A DNA stretch of 64,000 nucleotides, taken from NCBI RefSeq assembly GCF_006345805.1, contig NC_043011.1, positions 54,262,464 through 54,326,463 of the forward strand. The letters run 5' to 3'. This document shows positions 49,918 to 62,516 of this stretch, in pieces. The notes below the pieces were generated by a model that was not told the DNA's origin, made no database searches, and saw only the letters and a list, made by a program, of their open reading frames with translations. Each line of letters starts with the position of its first letter. The first letter of the stretch is position 1. The DNA is from Octopus sinensis. Its lineage: Eukaryota. A program made the translations under genes and the position numbers.

Positions 49918-50151
49918 TAGGGCGGTGAGCTGGCAGAATCGTTAGCACGCCGGGCGAAATGCGAAGCGGGATTTCGTCTGCCGCTACGTTCTGAGTTCAA
50001 ATTCTGCCAAGGTCGACTTTGCCTTTCATCCTTTTGGGGTCGATTAATTAAGTACCAGTTACGTACTGGGGTCGATGTAATCAACTTAATCCGTGTGTCT
50101 GTCCTTGTTTGTCCCCTCTGTGTTTAGCCCCTTGTGGGCAGTAAAGAAATA
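49918..50151 (+). mobile_element. Young SINE family B inserted into an antisense older B copy (49825-50270), 14-bp TSD
   Basis: TSD ggtacttaatttat at 49904-49917 and 50152-50165. Confidence 0.9.
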
Positions 50152-50587
50152 GGTACTTAATTTATCAATCCTGATAGGATGAAAGGCAAAGTTGACCTTG
50201 GCTGAATTTGAACTCAGAACGTAAAGACAGACGAAATACCTTTAAGCATTTCGCCCGGCATGCTAACGTAATGTTCGTAATGGAAGAAGGCCTGAAGGGG
50301 AAAAAGTTTTTGCTCCTTTTATTTGAAGTAGGGGGCTGCCTTAGAATATATATTCTATATATATGTAGGAATGGCTGTGTGGTAAGTAGCTTGCTTACCA
50401 ACCACATGGTTCCAGGTTTAGTCCCACTGCATGACACCTTGGGCAAGTGTCTTCTACTATAGCCTCAGGCCAACCAAAGCCTTGTGAGTGGATTTGGTAG
50501 ACGGAAACTGAAAGAAGCCCATCGTACATATGTAGATATTAAATGGCGGTGCATCTGCATGGCCGCAGCTCTGACCTGAAACTACAA

Positions 50588-50622
<35 letters not shown>

Positions 50623-50715
50623 TATTGCTCCGTTGATAGAATTATATAGTTAAAGAGCAACCCAAAACATGGTAGCACTGTTTTATGTTGAAATTGTTGT
50701 CTTTTTCAAGCTTAC

Positions 50716-50780
50716 CAGAAACATAGCCATGCATATAGCCTTTCCGTGGTATGCAGAATGGTTTTCTTCCAGGAATTTTT
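50716..50780 (-). CDS. Candidate penultimate exon (65 nt, KIPGRKPFCIPRKGYMHGYVS-G), phase-compatible with the ETSV exon
   Basis: Acceptor catatctcag, donor CTG|gtaagc; open frame ending in phase 1. Confidence 0.4.
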
Positions 50781-52029
50781 CTGAGATATGTATGTGTGTA
50801 TGTATGTGTGTATACGTGCGTGTGTGTGTATATGTTCATACATCTGTCTGTATGCATGTCTGCACGTAAATATGCATGTATATATGTGTATTTTTGTATG
50901 TATGTTTATGCATGTAAATGTGTATGGGTGTATAAGCATATATGTGTGTGTGTGTGTGTATATCTATACATCTGTGTGCATGCATGTAAATATGTGTATG
51001 CATGCACAGATATATATATACACACACACACACATTCACATAGACAGACATATCGTTTCAGTCATTGGACTGTGGCCATGCTAGAGCACAACTTTCAAGG
51101 GTTCAGTTCAAACAAATCAAAACAGATACTTATTTTCTAAAGCCTGAATATATTCCATTAGTCTCTTCTGCTGAGTCACTAAGTTACAGGGCTGTAAACA
51201 AACAAACAAACACTGGTTTTCAAGTGATGGTGGGGACAAACTCAACACACACGCCATTGGACTTCTTTCAATTCCCATCTATGAAATCCATCTGCAAGGC
51301 ATCGGTCAGCCTTGGAGCTATAGTAGAAGATCCTTGCCACGTCTGCACCTATAAGGACCACATGCCCTCTAAATATAAAGATCATATGCAGTTACTCTCT
51401 GTCTTGCAAGTAAGGTTCTGTTACAATGTACCTGTTGTAAAATGAGCCTAACTTTTGAAACCTTTACATATCTGACATTTTATATGAAGTGGGGTTTTTT
51501 ATATGCATTTCCAGTACTTGAAAGAAAGGGAGAGAGAGAAAACTTGGGGTCCCAGATGGCAGAGAAAGGTATGGCCTTTTATACATATGGGCTACCAGTG
51601 ACTATTGAAATAAGCTATCTTGGACCAAATGCTCATCCCTTCAGCAATGTATACATTGGCCTGGGTTACAGTTGAAATTATGGGAAGCAGTGTGATTGAT
51701 GAGCAGAATTGATGAAAGACATCCACTGATCAGTTGTAATGCACTTATGATGCCAGACAGAGGAACCCCAGTGTGATCAATGACTAGGACCACCAAGTAC
51801 GTTACTGCTAGTGTCTACAAATCTAAGGACCATGGACATTATTAGCCAACAGAAAATTTTAATGATTTTTATTAAAACCAGATCATCTCGTATCTGGTTA
51901 TCCATGGACATTTCGTTATCCAAGGACAACCAAATCTGGTTATCCATGGACAATCAGATTTGAATGATTCCTATTAAAACCAGATCATCCTGTAATATCT
52001 GTCCATGGACAATCAGGTGACACAAAAAA

Positions 52030-52423
52030 GATGCTGCTAATCCTTTTTTTGGGTGGGGGGGAATCAAAAGGGCCTATACTGGAAGACTACCTGGAAAAAG
52101 GGTTTTATGATCAACAGTGCAAGATATAGTGCTTTGCTTGGCAACAAACTGAAGCCAGAAATTCGCACCAAACACCAAAGCCTTTTTGGTTTATGAGGTC
52201 ATCGATTTCCTACTGATGAAGATATGAAGGAAATGGTGCATAAATGGTTGCATGACCAATGGCAAACCTTCTTGGAGGGAATATGCAAGCCTGTGGACCA
52301 CTGGACCAAGTGATTCAAAAAGGAAGGAGACTATACAGAAAAATGATATACTTGTTTATCCAATGCTTTTGTGTAAATACATTGAAAAAACAAGAGTGCA
52401 TATAATTTCCAACTCTCTCTAGT
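52030..52423 (+). mobile_element. Mariner transposase C-terminal remnant with internal deletion and 3' TIR
   Basis: QKGPILEDYLEKG..INSARYSALL.NKLKPEIRTK...RGHRFPTDEDMKEMVHKWL...KEGDYTEK*. Confidence 0.8.
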
Positions 52424-52518
52424 ATATATATACATGAAAAACGAGAGAATATAACACCTTTCTTCTGTCCCTTTAATTTTCTTTGTTGTTTCTACTCAAT
52501 CTAAGTTAAATTTATTAA

Positions 52519-52738
52519 CCCTTTTGTTACTGTATTTATTTTGAGATGCTCTGTGTTTCTTTCAATTACTTTAAATACAACAAAGAATTTAGTAAAATAA
52601 CTTCATTACCACTAAGCTGGTGTTAGGAACATAAATTGTGACTAAGGCTTGGTGGAATATTTTAATTCAAAACTTATGAAAACAAGACATTTGTACTCAG
52701 AGCCAGAGGCGGTTTCAGCCAGGTTGTTATCTAAAGGG
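52519..52738. mobile_element. piggyBac-type MITE copy 1 (220 bp)
   Basis: TTAA|CCCTTT...AAAGGG|TTAA. Confidence 0.85.
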
Positions 52739-52769
52739 TTAAGAACTGTCTCTCTGTTATATATTTTAA

Positions 52770-52980
52770 CCCTTTTACCATATTTCTGTTGAGATGTTCT
52801 GTGTTTCTTTCAATTAATTTTAAATATAACAAAGAATTTAGTAAAATAACTTAGTTATCATTCAGCTGGTGTTAGGAACATAAATTGTGACTAAGGCTTG
52901 GTGGAATATTTTAATTGAAAACTTATGAAAACAAGACATTTGTACCACAGCCAGTTTCAGCCGGGTTGGTAATGAAAGGG
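52770..52980. mobile_element. piggyBac-type MITE copy 2 (211 bp)
   Basis: TTAA|CCCTTT...AAAGGG|TTAA; body closely similar to copy 1. Confidence 0.85.
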
Positions 52981-53272
52981 TTAATATAAATATCTCTATA
53001 GTTATACTTAAAAATTCATCATCTGAAAGGCCTCCACTTTTCACTTTTTCTCGTTTTGCATATATACATATTTTGTATTTCATACCCAAACTTATTTTGA
53101 ATACAGTTAATTTGTTTATCTGCATAATTGCTTCTATATCTGCTCAGCTTCATCCCTCTTATAGCCATTCTTTATCCTGTGGAATTAATGCCCTCTAACG
53201 ACATTGGTGTTTAAGCCTGAACCATTTGAGTATTACTGTTTTCTATATAGAGAATCTCCGGATCTCGTCTGT

Positions 53273-53497
53273 TACTCTTTACTCTTTTACTTGTTTCAGT
53301 CATTTGACTGTGGCCATGCTGGAGCACTGCCTTTAGTCAAGCAAATCGACTCCCAGGATTTATTCTTTGTAAGCCTAGTACTTATTCTATTAGTCACTTT
53401 TGCCAAACGGCTAAGTTACAGGGACATAAACACACCAGCATCGGTTGTCAAGCATTGCTGGGTGGGGGGACAAACACACACACACACACAGATATAG

Positions 53498-53532
<35 letters not shown>

Positions 53533-53690
53533 ATATATACACACATGACGGGCTTCTTTCAGTTTCCGTCTACCAAATCCACTCACAAGGTTTTGGTTGG
53601 ATGCAGATTACAGTAAAAGACATTTGCCCCAACGTGCCACGCAATGGAACTGAACTTGAAATCAAGTAGCTGGGAGGCAAGGTTCGCACC
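53273..53690 (-). mobile_element. SINE family A, near full length
   Basis: Reverse-complement family A modules. Confidence 0.85.
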
Positions 53691-55384
53691 CCAACATACA
53701 GATAATCTCAAATTCCACCTCCTGTCCTACAATGAATGGTTTACACTTATTAATGAAATAATTTATCAAAAATACATCAGATTGGTGAAACAAGGATTTA
53801 AGGCATTGTAGCTAGAATTTGAAACCAAAACTCTCAAACACACATAACAAATTTGTCTGCTCTCATCAATAAGCTGCAGAAAGACTACATCTCAGTCAGG
53901 ACTAACATCGAATGCCAAGTCCCGTGGGGCTCTAGGACTAATTACTGAAAAGTGTAATTAACTGAAGAGTGCGGCTTATTTCAAGTTAACCAAACATTCC
54001 AGGACAAACTATTCAACAAGATTTTGCTTCAACCTACAAAACTGAACGAAGAAGGCAAAATGGATTTGGTGATGTGTGCAGCTAATTATTTTCATTTTAG
54101 CTTCCAAATTGAGTGATTTCTTCAATTCCTTGATTGAGTCATTGATAATATTTTCTCTGGTATGACATCTTTGGAAGAGAGTAGACCAGGAGATATGAAG
54201 AGGTATATTTGGGAGATGAGATTGGAAGCATAACAGAGAAGACCCAATACTGTCATTGCTGGGACCTACAAACCTCTCGCATGTATGTCTGTGCATATGT
54301 TTGTATTTAGTTCACAGATAAGATCTGAATGTTCTCAGTACAGAATACAGTTAGTAATGCTAGTTGTTTGTGTATGTGTGAGTATGTGTGTAAATTTTAC
54401 AGACACATGAAATTACATACGTTCTGTGAATGGGTTTAAATAAATGGAATAGAAGCATTATAAGACATTTTAATGTTACCTTGGATTAGATTATTGTCAT
54501 TATCGGCTTCCATACTTACAAGAACCTTTTATTTCACTGCCATCTCCACCACTAACACCACCACCATCACCACTTCGAATAACCCCAAACCTTAATTCGG
54601 AAACTGAACTGCCATCTGTATCTCAAGCAGTCATTGAAATCAAATTGATCATAATCTAATAAGATTACCTAGCCCTGTCACAACAACAACAACAACAATA
54701 GTGATGGTGGTGGTGGTGGTGGTAGTAGTAGTAGTAATGGTGGTGGTGGTGGTGGTGGTGGTAGTAGTAGTAGTAATGGTGGTGGTAGTGGTAGCAGCAA
54801 CTTTATGAAGTCTACAGAGACTTCATGCAAGACCAATTGTCTGCTACAAGACAGAGATTATAAATGGCATAATAACACAAGTGTGTGATGCTATTCCACT
54901 CACACAGCCTCTCCTAATATCTGTGTCCACCACCACCATGACCGAAATTATCACTGCACTTTCTGACCAAAAGCGTACACCACCAGACTGCCAATAATGG
55001 TCATTAGGAAAAAGAAAAACAAAAATTCTTTAACCTTTAAGCATTCAAATTATTCCATCAAATGCAGAGCTTATTTATTCACATCGTTTTGAATTTATCC
55101 TGCATTATCTTGTAGCCATGAGATTTTGATTAAGTGACAGTATATTTTTTTTTTAGACTAACATTGTAAGGTAGGTGTGAGAGGCTGGATCTGGCCATTT
55201 TGAACATAAAACAGGTAGAATATTTTGGTCAGATATGGGGATGGGAGGGGAGGGGGTAAATTTTAAAGAGCCAAAAGTAATTTTAATCTTGCTGACAATA
55301 TGATAGTTCAAAGAAGGGAATTGATGCTTGGGCCATAAAGGCCATAAAGCCTAGGGCTTGTTTGTTAACAATAAAATTGTAAAT

Positions 55385-56220
55385 AAACGCACCTGTGTGG
55401 TGAAGAAGTTTGCCTCCCAACCATAGGATTCCAGTTTCAGTCCCACTACATGGCACACTAGGTGTCTTCTATAACCCAGGGTTGACCAAAGCCTTATAAG
55501 GGGATTTTGTAGATGAAGCTGAAACAAAAAGCCTGCCTGCCTGCTTCACCCACCTACCTGTGTGTCTTTGTGTTTGTCACCCCCACCACTGCAGGATAAT
55601 CAGAATTGATTTATGTCCACATAACCTAGCAGTCCAATAAGAAGAGACCAATAAAATAATTACCAGGCTTTAAAAAGACAAAGAAATACCGGAGTTAATT
55701 AGTTTGATTAAATCCTTTGAGAGTGTTGCTCCAGCATGGTTGCAGTCCAACAGGTGAAACAAGTAAAAGCTAAAATTATACATGCATACAAACAGAGCCT
55801 GAAAAATTACTTTAAGATACAGGAGTGGCTGTGTGGTAAGTAGCTTGTTTACCAACCACATGGTTCCGGGTTCAGTCCCACTGCGTGGCACCTTGGGCAA
55901 GTGTCTTCTGCTATAGCCTCGGGCCGACCAAAGCCTTGTGAGTGGATTTGGTAGACGGAAACTGAAAGAAGCCCGTCGTATATATGCATATATATGTATA
56001 TATGTGTGTGTGTGTATGTTTGTATTTGTCCCCCTAGCATTGCTTGACAACCGATGCTGGTGTGCTTATGTCCCCGTCACTTAGCAGTTCGGCAAAAGAG
56101 ACCAATAGAATAAGTACTGGGCTTACAAAAGAATAAGTCCCGGGGTCGAGTTGCTCGATTAAAGGCGGTGCTCCAGCATGGCCGCAGTCAAATGACTGAA
56201 ACAAGTAAAAGGGTAAAGAG
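55385..56220 (+). mobile_element. Two tandem SINE family A copies (old 55385-55770, young 55820-56220)
   Basis: Family A modules with contrasting CpG decay. Confidence 0.85.
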
Positions 56221-57121
56221 TATGCCTGCTCAAGTATCATACAAGCATGAAACTATTAGTAGATCTTTCAGTTGTGTATTTAATTCATTATAATGAAAAG
56301 CTCACTTTCAAAACCAGATCTATGCATCGGAATGACTTGAGTAATTGTTTAAAACAACTTGAATACATCTGATTTTGATTGGAAGACTAACATTTGCCAA
56401 CTGTCTTACGTGGCATCTGTCCCAGTTTGACTGGGAAAAATATTTCATGTGCGTGAAGCCAGCAGCTTGCAGCAGATTGTGTTTTAATGGTTATCATGAA
56501 ACTGACCAAATATGTACTTACACCAGTTTTGAAAGTAAGCTCCTCGTGTGTGTGTGTACATAGAGACATAACAGACTGGGCTAGAAGCTTACTTTCCAAC
56601 CATGTGGTCTCATTTCAGCCCCATTACATCTTGAGCACCTTGGGCAAGTGTCTTCTATAGCTCCCGGCCAATAAAGCCTTGTAAGCAGATTTGGTAGGAA
56701 AGAAGCATGTTATATACATTGTATAATTGTATGTACATGTATGTATATGTTAGTCTTATACATGTGTGTGTGTGTATACATGTGGCCAATGCCAGTGCCT
56801 GCTAACTGGCTCCCATACTGGTGACACATAAAAAGCGCTATTCGAACATGATCGATGCCAGGGCTGCCTGACTGGCTCCTCATGCTGGTGGCACATAAAC
56901 AGCTCCATCTGAACGTGTCCAGTACCAGTGCCCCCTGACTGGCTCTGTGCCTTTGGCACATAAAAAGCACCCACTACACTCCCAAAGTGGTTGGTGTTAG
57001 GAATGGTATCCAGCTGTAGAAACCTTGCCAGATCAGATTGGAGCCTGGTGCAGCCGTTGGCTCTCCGGACCTCAGTCAAGCTGTCCAACCCATGCCAGCA
57101 TAGAAAACAGACATTAAACAA

Positions 57122-57155
<34 letters not shown>

Positions 57156-57530
57156 TGTTTCAGTCATTATACTGCGCCCATGCTGGGGCACTGCCCTGAA
57201 GAACTTTGAGTCAAATGAATTGACCCCAGTACTTGTGTGTGTTTGTGCTTAGAAGCGGACACCTACCTTTAGACATGAGATGATTAATTAAAGTTCAGCA
57301 AACAGAAAGGCAACAAAACACACATCTTTTACACACTGCTCCTCTTGCTTCATACAGGAATTATATTTTCATCTTGTTGATGCTACCTAGTTACAGCTGG
57401 GAAAGGAATGGGTGAAGCAGGATTAAGGTGTCATTAGCAGAGACACAAAGCTGTGCTTGTACTGACATACAAAAAGTCCAGTCCAGACCAGCCTTTATTT
57501 CTTTAGGGTCAGCCAGCTCTCACTCTGGAG

Positions 57531-57582
<52 letters not shown>

Positions 57583-58899
57583 TACATTAAAATGCTATTC
57601 AACAATGGTTTAAAAGATGCAGAGAAAAGATGGGAGTTTGAGGGAAGGTTATAAACAAAATAGATTCAACTCAGCAGAAAGGATGGGTAAGATGGGACAA
57701 AAGGTGAATCGTTTATTTTCTTCTAATTAAAGAGAAATACAATTAGCTCTAACACCATGATGGAGAGTTAGGAATTTGTCTTTTTTTTTCACAAGGTCAA
57801 TACCTAGGGGGTCTACTCTTTCTGTCGTTGGGTGCACATCTTACCTCTAATTGCTTACAACGACAGGCTCGTCTTTTAGAGCTACATAAAACAAAACAAT
57901 ACTCTTTTAAGTATTATAAAATGACAGGGTGGGGACAACAAATATAACAGCAACAATTTCCCTAACATCCATCACACCTTTTCAATATCACACACACACA
58001 CACACACAAAAGCTTTCATATTCACTCTTATTTTCATTTCATTTTTGGATTTGGTTTGCAAGATTCTTTATATGAGTTTGTGTGTTGGCACGGAAAGAAA
58101 ATGACTCTCCCCAGACACAACAGAATCTTATATTTTCATATTAACCTTATATTATCAATACCTATGGACAAATCATTTATTGTTCCTTTTAAGTTAATTG
58201 GAGGGTAACAACTGTATTTCATATAGAAAATAAAATTCTGTGTGTGTGTGTGATTCAAATATCAATAATTCTGCAACACCCTCCAAGAATTAACCTTTTT
58301 GATACCAACCTGCCTGGAACTGTCCCTGGTTCTAGGATATACAGGCTTCCTGTTTTAAATTGTCTAAATTCAAACCAGCTGTTCTAAACATAAGTTCTAT
58401 TACTAAATTCTTTATTTTTTTCAAAATTTATGGAAACAAAGACAGTGCATTTGAACAGAAATAAGGTAACGAAAAAGGGTAAAGTTGAGACAGTGTCACA
58501 TGACAACTTGCTGGGGCTGCCTGCTGGAGCCTAGCGGCAGGTATTTACAGGGAAAAAATTTGACAAGACAGTCAGTCGCTCGCTGACACTCGTTGACACT
58601 ACATCGAAGAGGCCAGGGAACAGAAGAAAGAAGGAGACATGCACCCAACACCAGAGCTGAAGACACCCCCGAAAGGGGGGGGGGCACCACGTCAAAACAG
58701 TAGAGGAGTAGAGGCTGAAACCGGAAGACGTGGTTCCTCCTGATGATGTCTTGAGCTAACTGGATCCTATAAAGGAGCTGTTGTGGTAGCAGACCATAAA
58801 CACAATTGAAATTCCTTCCTTGTTGTTCAAAGACAAAGAATCTTTAGATCTTGTCCAAGACTTCAACTTCTCATAGGAACACACTATTTGAAGTATTAA

Positions 58900-59100
58900 C
58901 CCTTTCATTTCAATGTTTCTGTTGAAGTGCAGTCTTTGTTTCAATAAATTTCGAAAATGGTCAATTTAGTAAAATAACTCAATCGTTATTAAGATGGTGC
59001 TTGGGAACACAAATTAAGGGGAAACTTTGATGGACGGGTCAATTCACATTATGTAGGAGCAAGAAGTTTTTAACTATCAGGCAGATAGGCATCAAAAGGG
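58900..59100. mobile_element. piggyBac-type MITE, diverged relative (201 bp)
   Basis: TTAA|CCCTTTC...AAAAGGG|TTAA; shares atttagtaaaataact. Confidence 0.75.
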
Positions 59101-59562
59101 TTAAGAATGCTTAACAATCTGTATGTAATGGTGAAAGGACCAGGGTGTAAATGGAATAAGGTCCAAACACTACAAAAAAAAACAATTTTGGAAGATGGAG
59201 GTAAGCTATAAAGATGTAACACAATGTATTGCCAGACAATGTGACTATTCCGAAGGATGTTAAATCTTTGGTAAATGTTATTTATTATTCAGCATAACTA
59301 GTCTGGTGAACTTTTTGATACAGCCTGTATAGACCCAACTCTGCATGTAGACCCCAGGGTGGTTGCTTTTTGAAACATTTGTTTGGAAAAACAAAACCCA
59401 CATCTTATATACCATCAAATACAGAATGTGTGTGTGTGTGTATATATATATATAAAATTTTAAAATAGGATAAAATCTTTTTATGAATTTATCAAGTAGC
59501 TAGCATGAAAAACCTCATAAGAGAAAAATCCACCAATTTTTTTCTCTTAAATATATTTATTT

Positions 59563-59716
59563 ATATTATATAGAGGATATTACTATACATAAATGCCACA
59601 CACTAGGAGGGACTCTTAAAGTCAAAACTACCAAACTATATATTTTGGTATTTTTGACTTTAAGAGTCCCTCTTAGCGTGTGGCATTTATGTATAGTAAT
59701 GCCCTCTATATAATAT
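59563..59716. mobile_element. Fully palindromic MITE-like element (73-bp arms, 5 mismatches)
   Basis: Arm-by-arm comparison; TATA centre; TA-rich flanks. Confidence 0.75.
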
Positions 59717-59718
59717 AT

Positions 59719-60027
59719 ATATGGGGAAAGTAGGAAGGAAAAATGCACATTGAATATCAAAAAAAGAAAGGCTTTTTTATGAAAAGTAGCGATAAATACA
59801 ATTAGATGAACTGAGATAGAATTAAGAGAAATAAAAGTCATTATTTTGAATTGTTAAAGAGATTCAAAGTCAAACTGGTATCATCAAAATAATGAATTTA
59901 ATTCCTCTTAATTCTACCTCAGTTCATCTAATTGTATTTATTTATCACTACTTTTCGTAAAAAAGCCATTATTTTTTTTTATTTCCAATGTGCATTTTCG
60001 CTTTTTTTCTTCTTACTTTCCCCATAT
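59719..60027. mobile_element. Foldback MITE-like element (about 131/144-bp arms, 34-nt spacer), AT|GGGG...CCCC|AT ends
   Basis: Left arm 59719-59849 is the reverse complement of 59884-60027 with small indels. Confidence 0.75.
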
Positions 60028-60076
60028 CTTTTCCACGTGTAGTTTCTATTTTTTTTTTTTTTAAACATATTTCTAT

Positions 60077-60123
<47 letters not shown>

Positions 60124-60125
60124 GC

Positions 60126-60313
60126 ACAAGAGTGGCTGTGTGGTAAATCTTTCGCCTTTTACTAAAGTAGCTTGCTTATCAACCACATGGTTCCAGGTTC
60201 AGTCCCACTGCATGGCACCTTGGGCAAGTGTCTCCTACTATAGCCTCAGGTCAACCAAAGCCTTGTGGGAGAATTTAGTAGATGGAAACTAAAAGAAGCC
60301 TGTCGTGTGTGTG

Positions 60314-60349
<36 letters not shown>

Positions 60350-60410
60350 GGGTGTATGTGTTTGTCCGTCATCATCGCTTGACAACCAATGTTGGTGTGT
60401 TTACGTCCCC
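60126..60410 (+). mobile_element. SINE family A, 3' truncated
   Basis: Family A modules. Confidence 0.8.
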
Positions 60411-61548
60411 GTATTCTCCTTTTTGGATAATTTGAGATGTAGGGTATACCTTTATAATAAATATAAAATTGAGCCTGGCAAGAAATGAAGTGGTTAAACT
60501 GTAGATTTGACCATCTCTGGGGTCAGGGCCATTTTAGCAGCATTATAGGCTTTTCAGCAAACCAATGCACTGGGACCCAAGTAAGTCACAGTATACATAG
60601 ATCAGAGTTGGGTCCCTAAACCAGTGAGACTCTCAAGGTAGCTGTGCTCATACTTAAGACAGCACTGCTTGGGAAAAAAAATGGAAACAAATGGACAAGT
60701 TTCTAATCTTGTTAGAACTTTGCCTGGAAAAGAATATCTTGTATCCAGAGAGACCGTTTTGGGCTTCTAGTGATATTTATAGCATATATAAACTTGTACA
60801 GAACGAAACTGGTTTGTCTGATTTGCATAACATAATGCATTCAGCTATATCAATAGCATTACAGGGACACTGGAGATGAAGACAACTGGTAATATCTATG
60901 AACACTAAGACCTAGATACCATATAAAACTGGGTAAATGACAGTACCAAAATATGCTACAATGTCCCAAAGTCCGACTCGTACTTGACTTACACTTGGCA
61001 CATCTGGGGATAGCTGTATCAGGTTTATGTGTCTCTAAACATATTCATGTTGTGTCATGTTTTTCAGGATCAATAAAATATAGTACCAGTAAAATACTGG
61101 AATCAATGCAATAATGGCCTCCACCCACCCCCTCAGAATTTCTGGCTTTGTCTTTAAATCAGAAATAATTAATAGTTCAAATGATGAATAGGTCAACTCA
61201 AGACTTAACTATAAATGTGTGGTGTGTGTGTGTGTGTGTGTGTATAATCATTTAATATACACAGGATTTAAATGAAAGCTACCATAAGTTTCATGCTTTT
61301 GATAATAGGATATTCAGTGGAGCTTGTATGGCATTGCATGTATTATCAGGGAATCGTTCAGTCTGGTTCTATTTTGAGTCTGAATGATTGCTCAATAATA
61401 CACATCATGCTATACAAGATTGTCCAGCTATTGTATTATCAGAGGCATGAAACTTATTGTAGCTCACATTTAAGATCTGTGCATATTAAATGATATTAAT
61501 TTTTCACTAGATGGAGTACTTGTTTATATATATATGTATACATATATA

Positions 61549-61587
<39 letters not shown>

Positions 61588-61590
<3 letters not shown>

Positions 61591-61922
61591 GGCACATGAC
61601 TCAGTGGTTAGAGTGTCGAGCTTATGATCGTGAGGTTGTGAGTTCGGATCCCGGACCAGGCTGCGTGTTGTGTTCTTGAGCAAGACACTTTATTTCACGT
61701 TGCCCCAGTTCACTCAGCTGTAGAAATGAGTTGCGACGTCACTGGTGCCAAGCTGTATCGGCCCCTTTGCCTTTCTCTTGGATAACACTGGTGGCATGGA
61801 GAGGGGAGACCAGAATGCATGGGCGACTTCTGGTCTTCCATAAACTATCTTGACCGGACTTGTGCCTGGGAGGGTAACTTTCTAAGTGCAATCCCATGGT
61901 CATTCATGACCGAAGGGGTCTC
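61588..61922 (+). mobile_element. tRNA-derived SINE family D
   Basis: A box gactcagtggttag, B box gagttcggatccc, body gttgtgttcttgagcaagacacttt...cagctgtagaaatgagt resembling Meta/CORE-type central domains (recalled). Confidence 0.8.
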
Positions 61923-62276
61923 AGCATGTATATATATATATATGAGACAATTATGCAGTTAAACAAATTAGATACACTAAATATGCATGTTTGGGTATGA
62001 AATACAAAATATGCATGTATGTATTCATGCAAAATGAGAGAAAGCAAAGGGTGGAGACATTCCTACAATATCTAATATCTTAAATTTATCTGTATAATTG
62101 CCCCTATACCCACTCAACTTGATGTTTCTTACAGCCCTTCTTTACCTTGTGGAGTCAATCCCCTGTACAGACATCAGAATCTAAGTCTGAATCTTGTGAG
62201 CTCTACTATGTGTCTTCTGCACTGAAAATCTCTGAATCTCATCTGTGGACTAATAAACATACATATAAAAAATTAT

Positions 62277-62368
62277 AAATTTTCTAGCTTATATGCTGAG
62301 AAATAGATGCAAAATCATCTCGCCACACAATTTAGCATCTATTTCTCAGCATATAGGCTAGAAAATTT
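62277..62368. repeat. Inverted repeat, 39-bp arms (2 mismatches), 14-nt spacer
   Basis: aaattttctagcttatatgctgagaaatagatgcaaaat versus its reverse complement at 62330-62368. Confidence 0.9.
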
Positions 62369-62474
62369 TTCTAAGCCCTTATTATAAATAAAAATATAAT
62401 TTTCACTTTAATTGGTTTCATTTTATATGCTGGCCGCTGATAAATTTTTTTTAAAAACAAGTTTTATCCTCTCT

Positions 62475-62515
<41 letters not shown>

Positions 62516-62516
62516 T

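Noticed and set aside
52213-52235. CTGATGA...GAAA
   Set aside because: Part of mariner coding sequence (TDEDMKEM); no stems.
54009-54296. 95-aa minus-strand ORF with an acceptor-like tttgtag
   Set aside because: No donor found; KKSLNLEAKMKII looks more like a decayed Tigger/pogo N-terminal motif than a host exon, and support for either reading is weak.
54522-54620. Minus-strand exon candidate ending at a gtaagt donor (DGSSVSELRFGVIRSGDGGG...KRF)
   Set aside because: Weak acceptor, and much of the frame is GGT simple repeat.
58500-58750. GC-richer block resembling a LINE 3' end
   Set aside because: No convincing protein motif could be recovered, so it was left unannotated.
56410-61034. Additional microexon candidates 56410-56430 (21 nt) and 60993-61034 (42 nt), minus strand
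   Set aside because: Plausible splice dinucleotides, but such matches are expected by chance in 15 kb and they do not join the 65-nt exon in the ETSV frame.
6702-61660. tRNA genes suggested by A/B-box motifs
   Set aside because: All are SINE heads continuing into repeat bodies without a complete cloverleaf.
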